Of a DNA stretch of 64,000 nt, positions 10,039 to 19,653 are shown in pieces; the stretch's first letter is position 1, and each line of letters begins with the position of its first letter. The translations under genes were made by a program, and so were the position numbers. The notes under the pieces were generated by a model. That model searched no databases and was not told where the DNA came from. It worked only from the letters and a program-made list of their open reading frames with translations. The stretch is from positions 202,286 through 266,285 of the forward strand of contig CALGEI010000042.1 of assembly GCA_937881575.1 (NCBI GenBank), read 5' to 3'. The stretch is from an uncultured Flavobacteriales bacterium (GTDB taxonomy: Bacteria; Bacteroidota; Bacteroidia; Flavobacteriales_D; Sanyastnellaceae).

Positions 10039-11099
10039 AGCGAATCAACAGAGATCCTTTGAAGATGAAATTTGAAGGAGGTGCCCTCACCAAGTTCGGA
10101 GGTCAAGTGAATGTCTTGGCCATGTGCTTCCAAAATGTGTTTGACAATGGCCAAGCCCAAACCGGATCCACCGGCATTGCGGGAACGGCTCCGGTCCACA
10201 CGATAAAAACGCTCAAAAATTCGTTCTTGATCCTCTGCTGACATGCCGATCCCATCGTCTTCCACAACGACTTTAATTTGAGAGGCGGCTAAGGATAGGG
10301 CGACTTGGGTATGCCCATTGGTCTGGCCATAATGGATGGAATTCCCAATTAAATTCGTCAGAACCTGGCGCATTTGACTCTCTCCACAAAGCACCATGGA
10401 GTCCAATTCAATCTCTGATGCAATCGAAAGGGATAAGGTGATGTTGTTTTGTTTGGCTTTCAATTCAAACCCTTCGAGGGTTTCTTGGATCAGTCTCGTG
10501 ATGTTGACCGGCTCCAAACGCATTTCGAAACTAGCAGATTCTAAACGCGCGATGGTGTCTAAATCATCAAGTAACTCGGCCATTCTAGCGATGTTCTTGG
10601 AGGCCTTTGAAAGGAACTTGCGGTTGAGTTCTTTGTTTTCTAAATCACTTTCGAGCAAGGTGAGAACAAAGCCTTGAATGTTGAACAATGGCGTTTTGAG
10701 TTCATGGGCGAGATTCCCAATGAATTCTTTTCTGAAATTGTCCTTCGCATGCATCTTCTGGATGGATTCCACCTGTTGATTCGCCCACTGGATCAAATCG
10801 GTGCTGTCATCTTCCGGTGCTTTTTTAGCGCTTATTTGGGTCAAGTCGGTGCTTCCCTCTTTGAATTTGGAAATGGCGTCTGTAAGCAATTGGACCCGTT
10901 TGTAGATGAACTTGTTCACGGACCACTCGATCAGCAGTGCGCTCAAATACTCCATGACAAGGCCAACCAGTATCGCCAGTGCCCACAAATGAATGGAGTC
11001 CAGGGCATGTAAAAGGGCCATGCTAACAATCGCGCTGATCGCCGCAATGATGGGCGAAGTCTTCTGCGCAATTTCCCGGGGAGTTAATTCAGAATTCAC
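10020..11099 (-). CDS. sensor histidine kinase (two closely spaced TM helices, no sizeable extracytoplasmic domain)
   Basis: H-box FIGNLAHELKTPL, N-box LIGNSIHY, G1 DDGIGM, G2 GGSGLGLAIV. GTG start overlaps the RR stop as GTGA. Confidence 0.9.
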   Translation of the reverse strand: MNSELTPREIAQKTSPIIAAISAIVSMALLHALDSIHLWALAILVGLVMEYLSALLIEWSVNKFIYKRVQLLTDAISKFKEGSTDLTQISAKKAPEDDSTDLIQWANQQVESIQKMHAKDNFRKEFIGNLAHELKTPLFNIQGFVLTLLESDLENKELNRKFLSKASKNIARMAELLDDLDTIARLESASFEMRLEPVNITRLIQETLEGFELKAKQNNITLSLSIASEIELDSMVLCGESQMRQVLTNLIGNSIHYGQTNGHTQVALSLAASQIKVVVEDDGIGMSAEDQERIFERFYRVDRSRSRNAGGSGLGLAIVKHILEAHGQDIHLTSELGEGTSFKFHLQRISVDSLHTPSR

Positions 11100-11818
11100 G
11101 CTCCGAATTTATAACCTACGCCCTTCACTGTTTCGATGTGACTGTCACCAATTTTAGAACGCAGTTTGCGAATGTGGACATCGATCGTTCGGTCCCCTAC
11201 AACGACATCAGGGCCCCAAACGGATGAAAGAATGGCTTCCCTGGTAAAGACTTTGCCCGGCTCTGACCAAAGCAATCCGAGCAATTCAAATTCCTTTTTA
11301 GGGAGGCTAATGTCCTGCCCGTCTTGAGTCACTACATAGCGTTCTCGGTCAATGGAAATGCCATTGTGGGATGCACGTGCAATAGGAGAAGCGGTCAACG
11401 TTGCTCTGCGCAAAAGCGCCTTGATCCGGCTGGTCAAAACACGGGGCTTGATCGATTTTAGAATGTAATCATCTGCGCCCGATTCGAATCCTGCAACTTG
11501 GCTGTAATCCTCACCGCGTGCTGTGAGGATGGCAATCACGCAATGAGCCAACGCCGGTTCTTTGCGCATCTGAATGCAGGCTTCAATGCCATCCATTTCG
11601 GGCATCATCACATCCAATAGAATCAAATCGGGTTTTATGATGCGGGCCAATTCTAGGCCTTCACGACCATTGCTTGCCGTTCTCACCTGATAACCCGCCT
11701 GGGTGAGATTGAAACCGATGAATTCAAGAATGTCCGGTTCGTCGTCCACAAGCAAAATCGTCTGTCTGGACACCATCGAATCGTTTTCCAAAGATTCATT
11801 TTTCAGTGTGTTGTCCAT
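11096..11818 (-). CDS. OmpR/PhoB-family response regulator
   Basis: Receiver ILLVDDEPDI...DVMMPEMDG...LTARG, winged-helix RTIDVHIRKLRSKI...GVGYKF. Confidence 0.92.
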   Translation of the reverse strand: MDNTLKNESLENDSMVSRQTILLVDDEPDILEFIGFNLTQAGYQVRTASNGREGLELARIIKPDLILLDVMMPEMDGIEACIQMRKEPALAHCVIAILTARGEDYSQVAGFESGADDYILKSIKPRVLTSRIKALLRRATLTASPIARASHNGISIDRERYVVTQDGQDISLPKKEFELLGLLWSEPGKVFTREAILSSVWGPDVVVGDRTIDVHIRKLRSKIGDSHIETVKGVGYKFGA

Positions 11819-11852
11819 GTTAAGAGCGTGTCAAGGAATTGCAACCATTCGG

Positions 11853-12941
11853 TCAATCGCGTATGCGAGAGAACCGCAAAGCGCGCAGGATCCACATCGG
11901 CAATGCCTCGTCAGCACCTCGTTTTTGAACATCCAGAAAAAGCCCCCATTTTTCAATGATAGGAATTTTATGAACTTCAATCATTTCCAACCAACATTCG
12001 TCCGGATCGTCGATGTAAGTGCAATGCACTTTGGTCTCACCCATTCCAATGGCATCGGCGGTGTCACAACGGAATCCAAATCCATGCTTCGCCAGAGCTT
12101 TGCCTAAGGAGTCCATACCGCGAACGTCAAATCCGAGATGAGCAAATCCCGTGTCGCACCAGATGCGATCTTCGAAAATAAATCGACCAGAGCGGTCCTT
12201 GGCTTGAACCAATTCGATGTAAGTACGTCCGGTGATCGGGCCGAATCCCCCGGCGCCTGGATTGGCTTGTGTCAGGCGAACGCGCCGATAATGTTCTTGC
12301 CCATGCGGTCTATGAAACCAGTCGCTTTGGATGCCTGTTTCATCGAATACCACCTTGTCAAATCCAAGTTGGTTGGCATACAATTTCAACGAAGCTTCCA
12401 TATCTGAGACGCCAATGGTACAGCCCAAAACGCCTCCGGAGGGATGGCTTGTGCGAGCAAAGGAGTCTTCGGCTTCTAAAATTTGAAAAGCATTGCCATC
12501 TGGATCGTTCAAGTAAAACGTCGATGCGCCCCACGGGGTAATCGAAAGCTTTTCATCACAGCGCTCACCTGCGAATTGACGAGCGTGGGCATGCATTTTT
12601 TGAATGTCCTTCGTCTTCATCTGCACCGTCGTGAGACCGAGATCCCCTGACGCGATTTCCCAAGAAGCGGGCTTGGGAACAAAAGAGGCCGCCTGCAAGA
12701 CTTCAAAAGCACATCCGCCTTGCAAGTTGAGCACCATGCTTGCTCGTTTGGCAATGGTTTCGCCTCGTGTGTGGCTGTCCATGAGGGGGGCTTCTTGGAC
12801 GGAATCAAAAAACGGAATATCCATCCCAAAAAGTTGGCGGTACCATTTTAGTGATCGATCCATTTGGGTGACGGCCACGCCGATGTGTTGCATCCCTTGG
12901 ATGCGAAACGCTTTGCTCACTTTTTCAGCAGTTTTGTTCAT
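11853..12941 (-). CDS. VOC (glyoxalase/bleomycin-resistance/dioxygenase) family protein, multi-module
   Basis: 362 aa with repeated beta-alpha-beta-beta-beta VOC-like modules (MQHIGVAV..., GCTIGVSD..., AHLGFDVRG...). Substrate unknown. Confidence 0.65.
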   Translation of the reverse strand: MNKTAEKVSKAFRIQGMQHIGVAVTQMDRSLKWYRQLFGMDIPFFDSVQEAPLMDSHTRGETIAKRASMVLNLQGGCAFEVLQAASFVPKPASWEIASGDLGLTTVQMKTKDIQKMHAHARQFAGERCDEKLSITPWGASTFYLNDPDGNAFQILEAEDSFARTSHPSGGVLGCTIGVSDMEASLKLYANQLGFDKVVFDETGIQSDWFHRPHGQEHYRRVRLTQANPGAGGFGPITGRTYIELVQAKDRSGRFIFEDRIWCDTGFAHLGFDVRGMDSLGKALAKHGFGFRCDTADAIGMGETKVHCTYIDDPDECWLEMIEVHKIPIIEKWGLFLDVQKRGADEALPMWILRALRFSRIRD

Positions 12942-12947
12942 AGAAGA

Positions 12948-14282
12948 TCAAGATTGTATGGAGGCCGCGTGTCGAATGGCTTGCACATAGTGAGTCCAAA
13001 CCGTTCGAGCTTCGGGGTTACTCCAAACTTTTTGGGCTTGTCTCATGCCTTTCCAATCAAGGAACAATCCGTACCAATATCCAGCAATGCGACTTCCCGC
13101 AAGATTGAATGCGTACCAACCAAAAAAGGCGGTCCAGCTCCACCCATCGTTTGCCGCGCCTGCGATGACTGCGGCCACAACCGATTGAAGCCACCAGAAT
13201 AAGGGGAATAAAAACATGCCCGATGTCATCTTAAACGTGCTCATAAATGCGGGGTCCTTGATTCGTTTCTCGCACTCTTTTTGAATGAACCAGGCCAAAG
13301 GAAGCGAGGGGATTCCACCCAGAAGAGCAAGAGGAGCCAGTAACCAAGTGTGCCAGGAACTTTTGCGCCTGGAGGCTTGATCTAGACTCAGGTCTTCAGG
13401 TCGAGCGGATTCGAGAATCTTGGTTTGGTTCAAATCTTCAAAGGCCTTTTCAATGGTTTTCCAGGCTTCGGTTGGAATGTCGGAGAATTGCTGAATGCGC
13501 GATTGGGCCTCATGAAATGCATCGAGGGGTAGCTCTGTCGTGCGCAATGCCCGGACAAATGGAATCAATAGATTGTAGCGCTCCTCCGGCTGCACATCGA
13601 CGACGAGGTTTTTCAAAGCCACTTCGATGCGTTTCAAAAAAGCAACGTAATCGAATTGGTCGCGCTGCGCATCATAAAGGTCCTCAAAAGGAACGGCGGT
13701 GCCAACACGGTAAGACAGTCTTCTCTGAAAGGCATCGTATTGTTCGTAGTCAACGCCAACGGGCAATACCGTGAGCCCCTTCATTTTCGAGTTTTGGCGA
13801 ATGGACAGAGCTACCATGTCAGCGACACCACGCTTCAAGGGTCGAAGGGTTTTCATTGTCCGATGATTGCCTTCTGGAAATAGGCCGATAGTCGCTCCAA
13901 TCCCTAAACGCTCTACGCAGATTTCGAAAATGCGTTGATTGCGTTCTTTCGCACCACTCAGCCGATCGCGTAGCCGAAAAATGGGCATCTGGTTGAAGCC
14001 AAAGAGCAACTTCCGGATGAGGGGTTTTTTAAAAATGTCTGCTCGGGTGAGCCAGTGTATTTGATGGTTCGCAGTGATTGTCGTGTTGATCAAGGGGTCC
14101 ATCAGGCCGTTCTGATGATTCGATACAATGATCATGGGGACATCCCGATTGGGAATCGAGTGGCTCCCTGATGTTTCTTCCATTCGGTGAAAACGCGGTA
14201 CCGCGGATCGAACGAATTGAATGGCGATCCCGTAGCCCCAATGCGTTTTCTGAATCGGTGGTTCTTGAAAGGACTGCTTCAC
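12948..14282 (-). CDS. PlsC-family (lysophospholipid) acyltransferase with C-terminal TM region
   Basis: HX4D motif in VSNHQNGLMDP, FPEGNH motif, hydrophobic C-terminal third. I favour the GTG at 14282, which overlaps the pheT stop as GTGA; the ORF-track start at 14336 lies inside pheT. Confidence 0.7.
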   Translation of the reverse strand: MKQSFQEPPIQKTHWGYGIAIQFVRSAVPRFHRMEETSGSHSIPNRDVPMIIVSNHQNGLMDPLINTTITANHQIHWLTRADIFKKPLIRKLLFGFNQMPIFRLRDRLSGAKERNQRIFEICVERLGIGATIGLFPEGNHRTMKTLRPLKRGVADMVALSIRQNSKMKGLTVLPVGVDYEQYDAFQRRLSYRVGTAVPFEDLYDAQRDQFDYVAFLKRIEVALKNLVVDVQPEERYNLLIPFVRALRTTELPLDAFHEAQSRIQQFSDIPTEAWKTIEKAFEDLNQTKILESARPEDLSLDQASRRKSSWHTWLLAPLALLGGIPSLPLAWFIQKECEKRIKDPAFMSTFKMTSGMFLFPLFWWLQSVVAAVIAGAANDGWSWTAFFGWYAFNLAGSRIAGYWYGLFLDWKGMRQAQKVWSNPEARTVWTHYVQAIRHAASIQS

Positions 14283-16765
14283 CTGAGTTGGGCTCCTGTG
14301 TGTTTCGTGATGGATTCCAAGATGCGTTGCACACATTGATCTATGCGCTTATCTGTCAGTGTTTTGCGTTCGTCTTGAAGCGTCAAAGAAACGGCATAGG
14401 AGACATGGTTGTTATCCAAGTTTTCCCCTTCGTAAACATCGAACAACCCTACTTTTTTCAAGAGGTGTTTCTCAGCCTGCCAAGCGGCGTCTCGTATGGC
14501 ACCGAACGGGGTGCCCTTCTGCAGAATCAGAGACAAATCTCTTCTTACACTCGGGAATTTCGGAAGCTCTTTTGCTTGAATCTGGCGGTCTTCGGATGCC
14601 TTCATCAGAGGTTCCAAGAGGAAATCAGCCCAGTAGACAGGTTGCTGCACGTCACACATCGCGGTGACTTTTGGGTGTACGACCCCCATCCGTCCAAGAA
14701 TCTGATCGCCTTGCATGATGCGAACGCCATCAGCGAACACGCCTCCATTGACCGCGATATCAGCGCGTCCTTGAACACCCAAGGCCTCTAAAAGCGTCTG
14801 AACGGCTTCTTTTAATTGGTAAAAGTCTAATTCGCCTGTTCCTGTATTCCAATTTTCTGGAGCCGTGCGTCCTGTCATCCAAAGGGACAATCGCTCGGTT
14901 TCTTCAAAACGAGCAGTAACATCTGCGAGGTCTTCGATTCCTTCAGTACGCTTTCGATAGGTCCTGCCCAGTTCGAACAACCGCAAATCGGGCTTCTGGA
15001 AATTTCGATTTCTGGCAATGGCTTCCAGGCCTTGAAACAACAATGACTGGCGCATCGAACCCAAATCAGCACTCAAAGGGTTGAGCAAGGCGATGTGTTC
15101 GTCGGCGCTTATTTCTGGATCGGCCATGTCATCAACCAAGCCCTCTGCATAGGAGAGTTTGGTCATCGAATTGCTCATGATTTCCTGAAATCCCCGGCCT
15201 ACAAGGGTATGGGCAATTTGGTTGCGGAATCGTTCAGACTTGAATCCAGCGCGTATTTGCATCGCTGAGGTGATTCGCTGGGGCATCGGAATCTTGTCAA
15301 AACCGTGAATTCTTAAAATCTCCTCAACGAGATCGGCAGGACGCGTGACATCCCTTCGGTAAGCGGGAACGTTCACCGAGACAGTCTTTTCAGATTGAGA
15401 GACGATTTGGATGTCGAGATTCTGCAGGATTGCCAGCACATGTTCACGGTCCAAAACAACCCCAATCATGTTGTCGAGGTAAGACCAATCCAGTTCTATG
15501 GTCGCGGCAGCGGGCAAGGCACCTCCTTCGGCCTGAGTGAGGGTGGATACATTTGCTCCAGACCAAGACTTCAACAGGAATGCAGCGCGCTCGAGAGCAA
15601 GGCGCACGGACTGAGGGTCTACACCTCGTTCAAATCGAAAGGACGCGTCAGTGGACAGCCCATGCCTACGGGCCATTTTCCGAATGATGACGGGGTCGAA
15701 ATAAGCGGATTCCAACAGAATGCGTTTGGTCGAATCCTGAACTCCGCTGGTTTGACCTCCGTATACACCGGCTAAGCACAATGCTTTATCCTGGTCAGCA
15801 ATGACGAGATCATCTGCATGCAAAGTGCGCTCGACTCCATCCAATGTGATCAACTTCTCCTTTGGATTCCCCCTGCGAACATGAATGGCTTGACCCATGA
15901 TGACGTCGGCATCAAAAGCATGCAAGGGCTGGCCCAACTCATGAAGGACATAATTCGTAGCGTCTACGACATTGTTCTGTGGAGTCACCCCAATGGCTCT
16001 CAAACGACGCTGAACAATTGTGGGGGACGGTCCGACATTCACGCCTTCAAGCACCAATCCGAAATATGAAGCGCAACCTTCTGTGTAGTCAATCGCGATT
16101 TTGAAATCCCCTGTTGCTGTTGGCAAGGCAGTCACTTCTGGCATCTGGATGTTGCCTGACTTTTCTTGACATCCTTCGACGGTATCAAACAACAATCCCG
16201 CTCGCAAATCTCGAGCGACCCCCCAATGGCTCATGCCATCTGTTCTGTTGGGCGTAAGTCCAATTTCCAAAACATGATCAGCTTGAATACCGTAGACCTC
16301 AGCAGCGGGTGTGCCCGGCTTCCAAGTAGCGTCCAATTCTATGATTCCGTCGTGTGACGCACCGACGCCGATTTCGTCTTCTGCGCAGATCATTCCCAAC
16401 GAAACTTGGCCGCGGATCTTCCCTTTTTTGATTTGAAAGGAATCTCCTGAAATGGGGTGCAAAGTGGCCCCAACTTGAGCAACGATGACCTGCAAACCCG
16501 CGCGGGCATTGGAGGCTCCACAAACGATTTGCAGCAATTCTTCAGCGCCAACATGCACGCGGCAAATCTGAAGTCGATCGGCATCCGGATGTTTTTCGCA
16601 GGCTTCAATGTGGCCGACAACTAGTCCTCGCAACCCTCCGGGAATGTCATCCTTTAATTCAACGCCTTCAACTTCTAACCCGGTTGCTGTCAAGACAGCT
16701 GCCGCGTCTTCGGCAGACTTGTTGTTTGGGAGCAATTCTTGCAGCCACCGGTATGAAATTTTCAT
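14279..16765 (-). CDS. pheT: phenylalanine--tRNA ligase beta subunit
   Basis: 828 aa, MKISYRWLQELLP N-terminus, tRNA-binding domain, B3/4, B5 and FDX-ACB-like C-terminus. Confidence 0.95.
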   Translation of the reverse strand: MKISYRWLQELLPNNKSAEDAAAVLTATGLEVEGVELKDDIPGGLRGLVVGHIEACEKHPDADRLQICRVHVGAEELLQIVCGASNARAGLQVIVAQVGATLHPISGDSFQIKKGKIRGQVSLGMICAEDEIGVGASHDGIIELDATWKPGTPAAEVYGIQADHVLEIGLTPNRTDGMSHWGVARDLRAGLLFDTVEGCQEKSGNIQMPEVTALPTATGDFKIAIDYTEGCASYFGLVLEGVNVGPSPTIVQRRLRAIGVTPQNNVVDATNYVLHELGQPLHAFDADVIMGQAIHVRRGNPKEKLITLDGVERTLHADDLVIADQDKALCLAGVYGGQTSGVQDSTKRILLESAYFDPVIIRKMARRHGLSTDASFRFERGVDPQSVRLALERAAFLLKSWSGANVSTLTQAEGGALPAAATIELDWSYLDNMIGVVLDREHVLAILQNLDIQIVSQSEKTVSVNVPAYRRDVTRPADLVEEILRIHGFDKIPMPQRITSAMQIRAGFKSERFRNQIAHTLVGRGFQEIMSNSMTKLSYAEGLVDDMADPEISADEHIALLNPLSADLGSMRQSLLFQGLEAIARNRNFQKPDLRLFELGRTYRKRTEGIEDLADVTARFEETERLSLWMTGRTAPENWNTGTGELDFYQLKEAVQTLLEALGVQGRADIAVNGGVFADGVRIMQGDQILGRMGVVHPKVTAMCDVQQPVYWADFLLEPLMKASEDRQIQAKELPKFPSVRRDLSLILQKGTPFGAIRDAAWQAEKHLLKKVGLFDVYEGENLDNNHVSYAVSLTLQDERKTLTDKRIDQCVQRILESITKHTGAQLR

Positions 16766-16926
16766 GGCAAATGAGATTCGACGCTGTAAAGTTAGTAGGT
16801 CTCAATGGCTAGACCACAAGGAACTGCACTTTTGGTTGGTAGAATTTCAATTCGCAAGGGAGCAGAAAAGAAAGTTGAGTAACTTCGCCTTCCGTTTATC
16901 ACATCACGTGACGAACATTTCTACAT

Positions 16927-17002
16927 CGGGATGTAGCTCAGTTGGTAGAGTACGCGTCTGGGGGACGTGTGGTCGCTGGTTCAAGTCCAGTCATCCCGAC
17001 CA
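16927..17002 (+). tRNA. tRNA-Pro (anticodon GGG), CCA encoded
   Basis: Hand-folded cloverleaf. Acceptor CGGGATG/CATCCCG with C1-G72 (typical bacterial tRNA-Pro). Anticodon arm CGCGT-CTGGGGG-ACGTG. T-arm GCTGG-TTCAAGT-CCAGT. Discriminator A + CCA. Confidence 0.9.
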
Positions 17003-17004
17003 AT

Positions 17005-17036
17005 GAATCCCGGGGCGAGAGCTCCGGGATTCTTTT
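17005..17036 (+). terminator. intrinsic terminator after tRNA-Pro
   Basis: GAATCCCGGGGC-GAGA-GCTCCGGGATTC (12-bp stem with one G.U, GAGA tetraloop) followed by TTTT. Confidence 0.7.
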
Positions 17037-17055
17037 ACCACATTCGGCATCAATC

Positions 17056-17421
17056 ATGGATTACGCTTTCGAAAACCAGTGGATTCGACTTGAGAAATTG
17101 ATGGAGGAGCGATTCGGTGAACCACCGGATTTGACGACAATGGTCTTTACGGTGGGATTGCAGGAGTGCGCTCAAGGCTACAAGCCTTTCAAAAAAGATG
17201 AGAAACTGGAGGTGATGCATGTAGGCATTTGCACCTTGCTGACCCCGATGGGGTATTATGAGGAAGTCCGTCAAGACGACGATGGCTGGCCTCACTTTAA
17301 ACAACTGCGTCCGATACCGGCCGTCACAGAGAAAGAACAAGAGTTGCTCATGCGCCGCGCCTTGGTTGAATATTTTTCAGCTTGGATCGAAGGGGACGAA
17401 AAAGCGAGTACCACGAAATAA
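17056..17421 (+). CDS. hypothetical cytoplasmic protein (121 aa)
   Basis: ATG at 17056 (MDYAFENQWIRLEKLMEERFG...) lies downstream of the tRNA terminator. The longer ORF-track version overlaps the tRNA. No family recognised. Confidence 0.55.
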   Translation: MDYAFENQWIRLEKLMEERFGEPPDLTTMVFTVGLQECAQGYKPFKKDEKLEVMHVGICTLLTPMGYYEEVRQDDDGWPHFKQLRPIPAVTEKEQELLMRRALVEYFSAWIEGDEKASTTK

Positions 17422-17422
17422 G

Positions 17423-17437
17423 TTAGCGGAGCGCTAA
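17423..17437. terminator. hairpin filling the gap between two convergent stop codons (possible bidirectional terminator)
   Basis: TTAGCG-GAG-CGCTAA, flanked by the TAA (17419-17421) and TTA (17438-17440) stop codons. Confidence 0.35.
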
Positions 17438-17815
17438 TTACTCGATAAAAATGGTGGCCTCGTTGGTCAACTGCTCCTCAATCTTAATCAATCCGGTTCC
17501 GGACAAGGACGCTTTTGTCGCTTCAATGTCTAAAACGGCAAAACCTGCTTGACCTTCCACGTAGAAAGAAGAGAAGTTGAAGCTGACCAATCCGGCTGCA
17601 TTGGAGACCGCAGTCGTGTCGAAACGGGGCTCACCAACAAAATCTTCATCGACTGAGCCAAAGGCATAGAGCCGCACTGTGGCCCCCTGGACTGGGGAGC
17701 CCAAGTCGTTTAAGACAACCACATTGGCGATGGTTTCTTCCACTTCATGGCAACTTGAGAGGCCAAAAAACAACAGCAACAAGCTAATCGGAAGGAGGGT
17801 GTGTGTGTTTCGCAT
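17438..17815 (-). CDS. small lipoprotein with carboxypeptidase-regulatory/Ig-like fold
   Basis: ATG at 17815: MRNTHTLLPISLLLLFFGLSSC (lipobox). VVVLNDLGSPVQGATVRLY resembles CarboxypepD_reg. Confidence 0.55.
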   Translation of the reverse strand: MRNTHTLLPISLLLLFFGLSSCHEVEETIANVVVLNDLGSPVQGATVRLYAFGSVDEDFVGEPRFDTTAVSNAAGLVSFNFSSFYVEGQAGFAVLDIEATKASLSGTGLIKIEEQLTNEATIFIE

Positions 17816-17869
17816 TGGACAATCTAACTTTGCAGGCAAGGATGAGTCTTCAAATATCTTCAAAAAGTC

Positions 17870-18604
17870 ATGAAAATCAAGCACATCATTGGTCTTATCG
17901 GTTGGTTCTTTCTCGCATTCGGATTGATTTCCGCTTCGGGTTGCAGTGAAAACGCCAAAAACGGGCCACGACAGGTCCTCATTCACACCTCTTTTGGCGA
18001 TATGGTTGTGGAGCTTTCTGACTCAACTCCGGGGCATCGCGACAATTTTGTTCAACTTGTTGAATCGGGATTCTATGACAGCTTGCAGTTTCATCGGGTC
18101 ATCAAAGACTTTATGATTCAGGGGGGAGATCCAGAAAGCAAAATGGCTGCGCCCAATGCTCGTTTGGGATCGGGCGGTCCAGGCTACACCATCCCGCAAG
18201 AAATCCGATCCGATCAATTGCATTTCAAAGGCGCGCTGGCTGCAGCGCGGCAAGGCGACCAAGCGAATCCAAAGAGAGCTTCTTCGGGAAGCCAGTTTTA
18301 TCTCGTGCAGGGGCGCTCATTTTCAGAAGCAGAATTGCTGGGATTGCAAGCTCGAGTGAATCAGGATCGAAAGAGTGGAAAGAACAAATTCGGATATGAC
18401 GAGGGCCAAACATTTACATACACGCCTGAAGACATTGCACGCTATGCGACCTTCGGAGGGACGCCATTTCTTGACAATCAGTATACGGTATTCGGCTATG
18501 TGGTCTCTGGGTTGGATATAGTGGATTCCATTGCTGGAGTGCAAACTGCACCTGGGGATCGGCCTGTAGTGGAAGAGCGGATGTCGATGGAATTGATCAA
18601 TTGA
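17870..18604 (+). CDS. cyclophilin-type peptidyl-prolyl isomerase (lipoprotein signal)
   Basis: FHRVIKDFMIQGGDP, GSQFYLV, FGYVVSGLDIVD. N-terminal LISASGC lipobox. Confidence 0.9.
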   Translation: MKIKHIIGLIGWFFLAFGLISASGCSENAKNGPRQVLIHTSFGDMVVELSDSTPGHRDNFVQLVESGFYDSLQFHRVIKDFMIQGGDPESKMAAPNARLGSGGPGYTIPQEIRSDQLHFKGALAAARQGDQANPKRASSGSQFYLVQGRSFSEAELLGLQARVNQDRKSGKNKFGYDEGQTFTYTPEDIARYATFGGTPFLDNQYTVFGYVVSGLDIVDSIAGVQTAPGDRPVVEERMSMELIN

Positions 18605-18611
18605 GGAATCG

Positions 18612-19634
18612 ATGCGGGATGAATTGATAGCATTGCTGGCGGAGGTAGCCGCGGTGGATTTGGCGAGTGCTGAATCTGCGGAGGCATTTCGAATAGAATG
18701 GTTGGGTCGGAAGGGGCGCATGAAAGACCTCATGGCGTCGTTTAAGGCAGCTCCAAACGACGAGAAGCGCGAATTGGGCAAGTTGTTGAACGAGCTAAAG
18801 GGGAGCATTGAGTCCAGAATTGAATCCGTTTCTTCGGAGGATTCAAATCATGCGGGTGGATCGAGCTCGGGTGAGGATTTGACCCGGCCTGCTGGGGGGG
18901 TCGGAATAGGAACACACCATCCTTTGAGTGTCGTAAGGCGAGAGATCATTGGGATCTTCGAGCGTTTGGGATTCGTGGTTTCAGAAGGTCCTGAGATTGA
19001 AGACGACTGGCACGTGTTCAGTGGGTTGAATTTCCCCGAAGAGCATCCAGCACGGGATATGCAGGACACTTTTTTTGTTGAACGAAAGCCAGATTTGTTG
19101 CTGCGGACGCACACATCATCTGTCCAGGTTCGAGAAATGGAACAACATGATCCTCCGATGCGGTTGATCATGCCGGGGCGTGTTTTTAGGAATGAAGCGA
19201 TCAGCGCAAGAGCGCATTGCATGTTCCATCAGATTGAGGGCTTGTACATCGATGAAGGCGTTTCTTTTGCGGATCTAAAGCAAACCTTGTTGCTCTTTGC
19301 GCAGGAGTTTTTCGGTCCTGACACGCGCATTCGCCTGCGGCCTTCCTACTTTCCTTTTACCGAGCCCAGCGCAGAGGTGGATGTGTATTGGGGACTGGAA
19401 ACAGAAGTGGACAAGCGCATCACCAAGGGCACCGGTTGGCTTGAAATCCTCGGATGCGGAATGATTGACCCGAATGTGTTGGAAGCTGCCGGAATCGATT
19501 CGCGCAAATACTCAGGGTATGCGTTCGGCATGGGGGTAGAGCGAATCACAATGTTGCGCTATCAGATTGGAGATTTGCGTGCATTTTTTGAAAATGACGC
19601 CCGTTTCTTGGATCAATTTAAAGGTCAATACTGA
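18612..19634 (+). CDS. pheS: phenylalanine--tRNA ligase alpha subunit
   Basis: HPL..., FRNEAISARAHCMFHQIEG, FPFTEPSAEVDV, GCGMIDPNVL, GYAFGMGVERI. Confidence 0.95.
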   Translation: MRDELIALLAEVAAVDLASAESAEAFRIEWLGRKGRMKDLMASFKAAPNDEKRELGKLLNELKGSIESRIESVSSEDSNHAGGSSSGEDLTRPAGGVGIGTHHPLSVVRREIIGIFERLGFVVSEGPEIEDDWHVFSGLNFPEEHPARDMQDTFFVERKPDLLLRTHTSSVQVREMEQHDPPMRLIMPGRVFRNEAISARAHCMFHQIEGLYIDEGVSFADLKQTLLLFAQEFFGPDTRIRLRPSYFPFTEPSAEVDVYWGLETEVDKRITKGTGWLEILGCGMIDPNVLEAAGIDSRKYSGYAFGMGVERITMLRYQIGDLRAFFENDARFLDQFKGQY

Positions 19635-19653
19635 CCTCGAGCGCTCACGTTAT

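Noticed and set aside
14171-14791. 206-aa plus-strand ORF across the pheT/acyltransferase junction.
   Set aside because: It is antisense to two genes with strong family signatures. Its translation is low-complexity, with no motif. This is typical of long antisense frames in a roughly 50% GC genome.
16805-16882. 25-codon ORF (MARPQGTALLVGRISIRKGAEKKVE) between pheT and tRNA-Pro.
   Set aside because: It has no recognisable family and no supporting context, and is likely a chance ORF in a promoter region.
16608-17055. ORF-track entries 16608-17006 and the 5' extension of 16942-17421, which run through tRNA-Pro and its terminator.
   Set aside because: They overlap a well-folded tRNA and a strong terminator. 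The downstream gene has a clean ATG at 17056.
16927-17815. tRNA-Pro as a possible integration site, because two small orphan genes follow it.
   Set aside because: There is no integrase, no visible duplicate of the tRNA 3' end and no compositional break that I can see. The orphan block is only about 0.8 kb.
18323-18808. 161-aa minus-strand ORF across the PPIase/pheS junction.
   Set aside because: It is antisense to two confidently identified genes.
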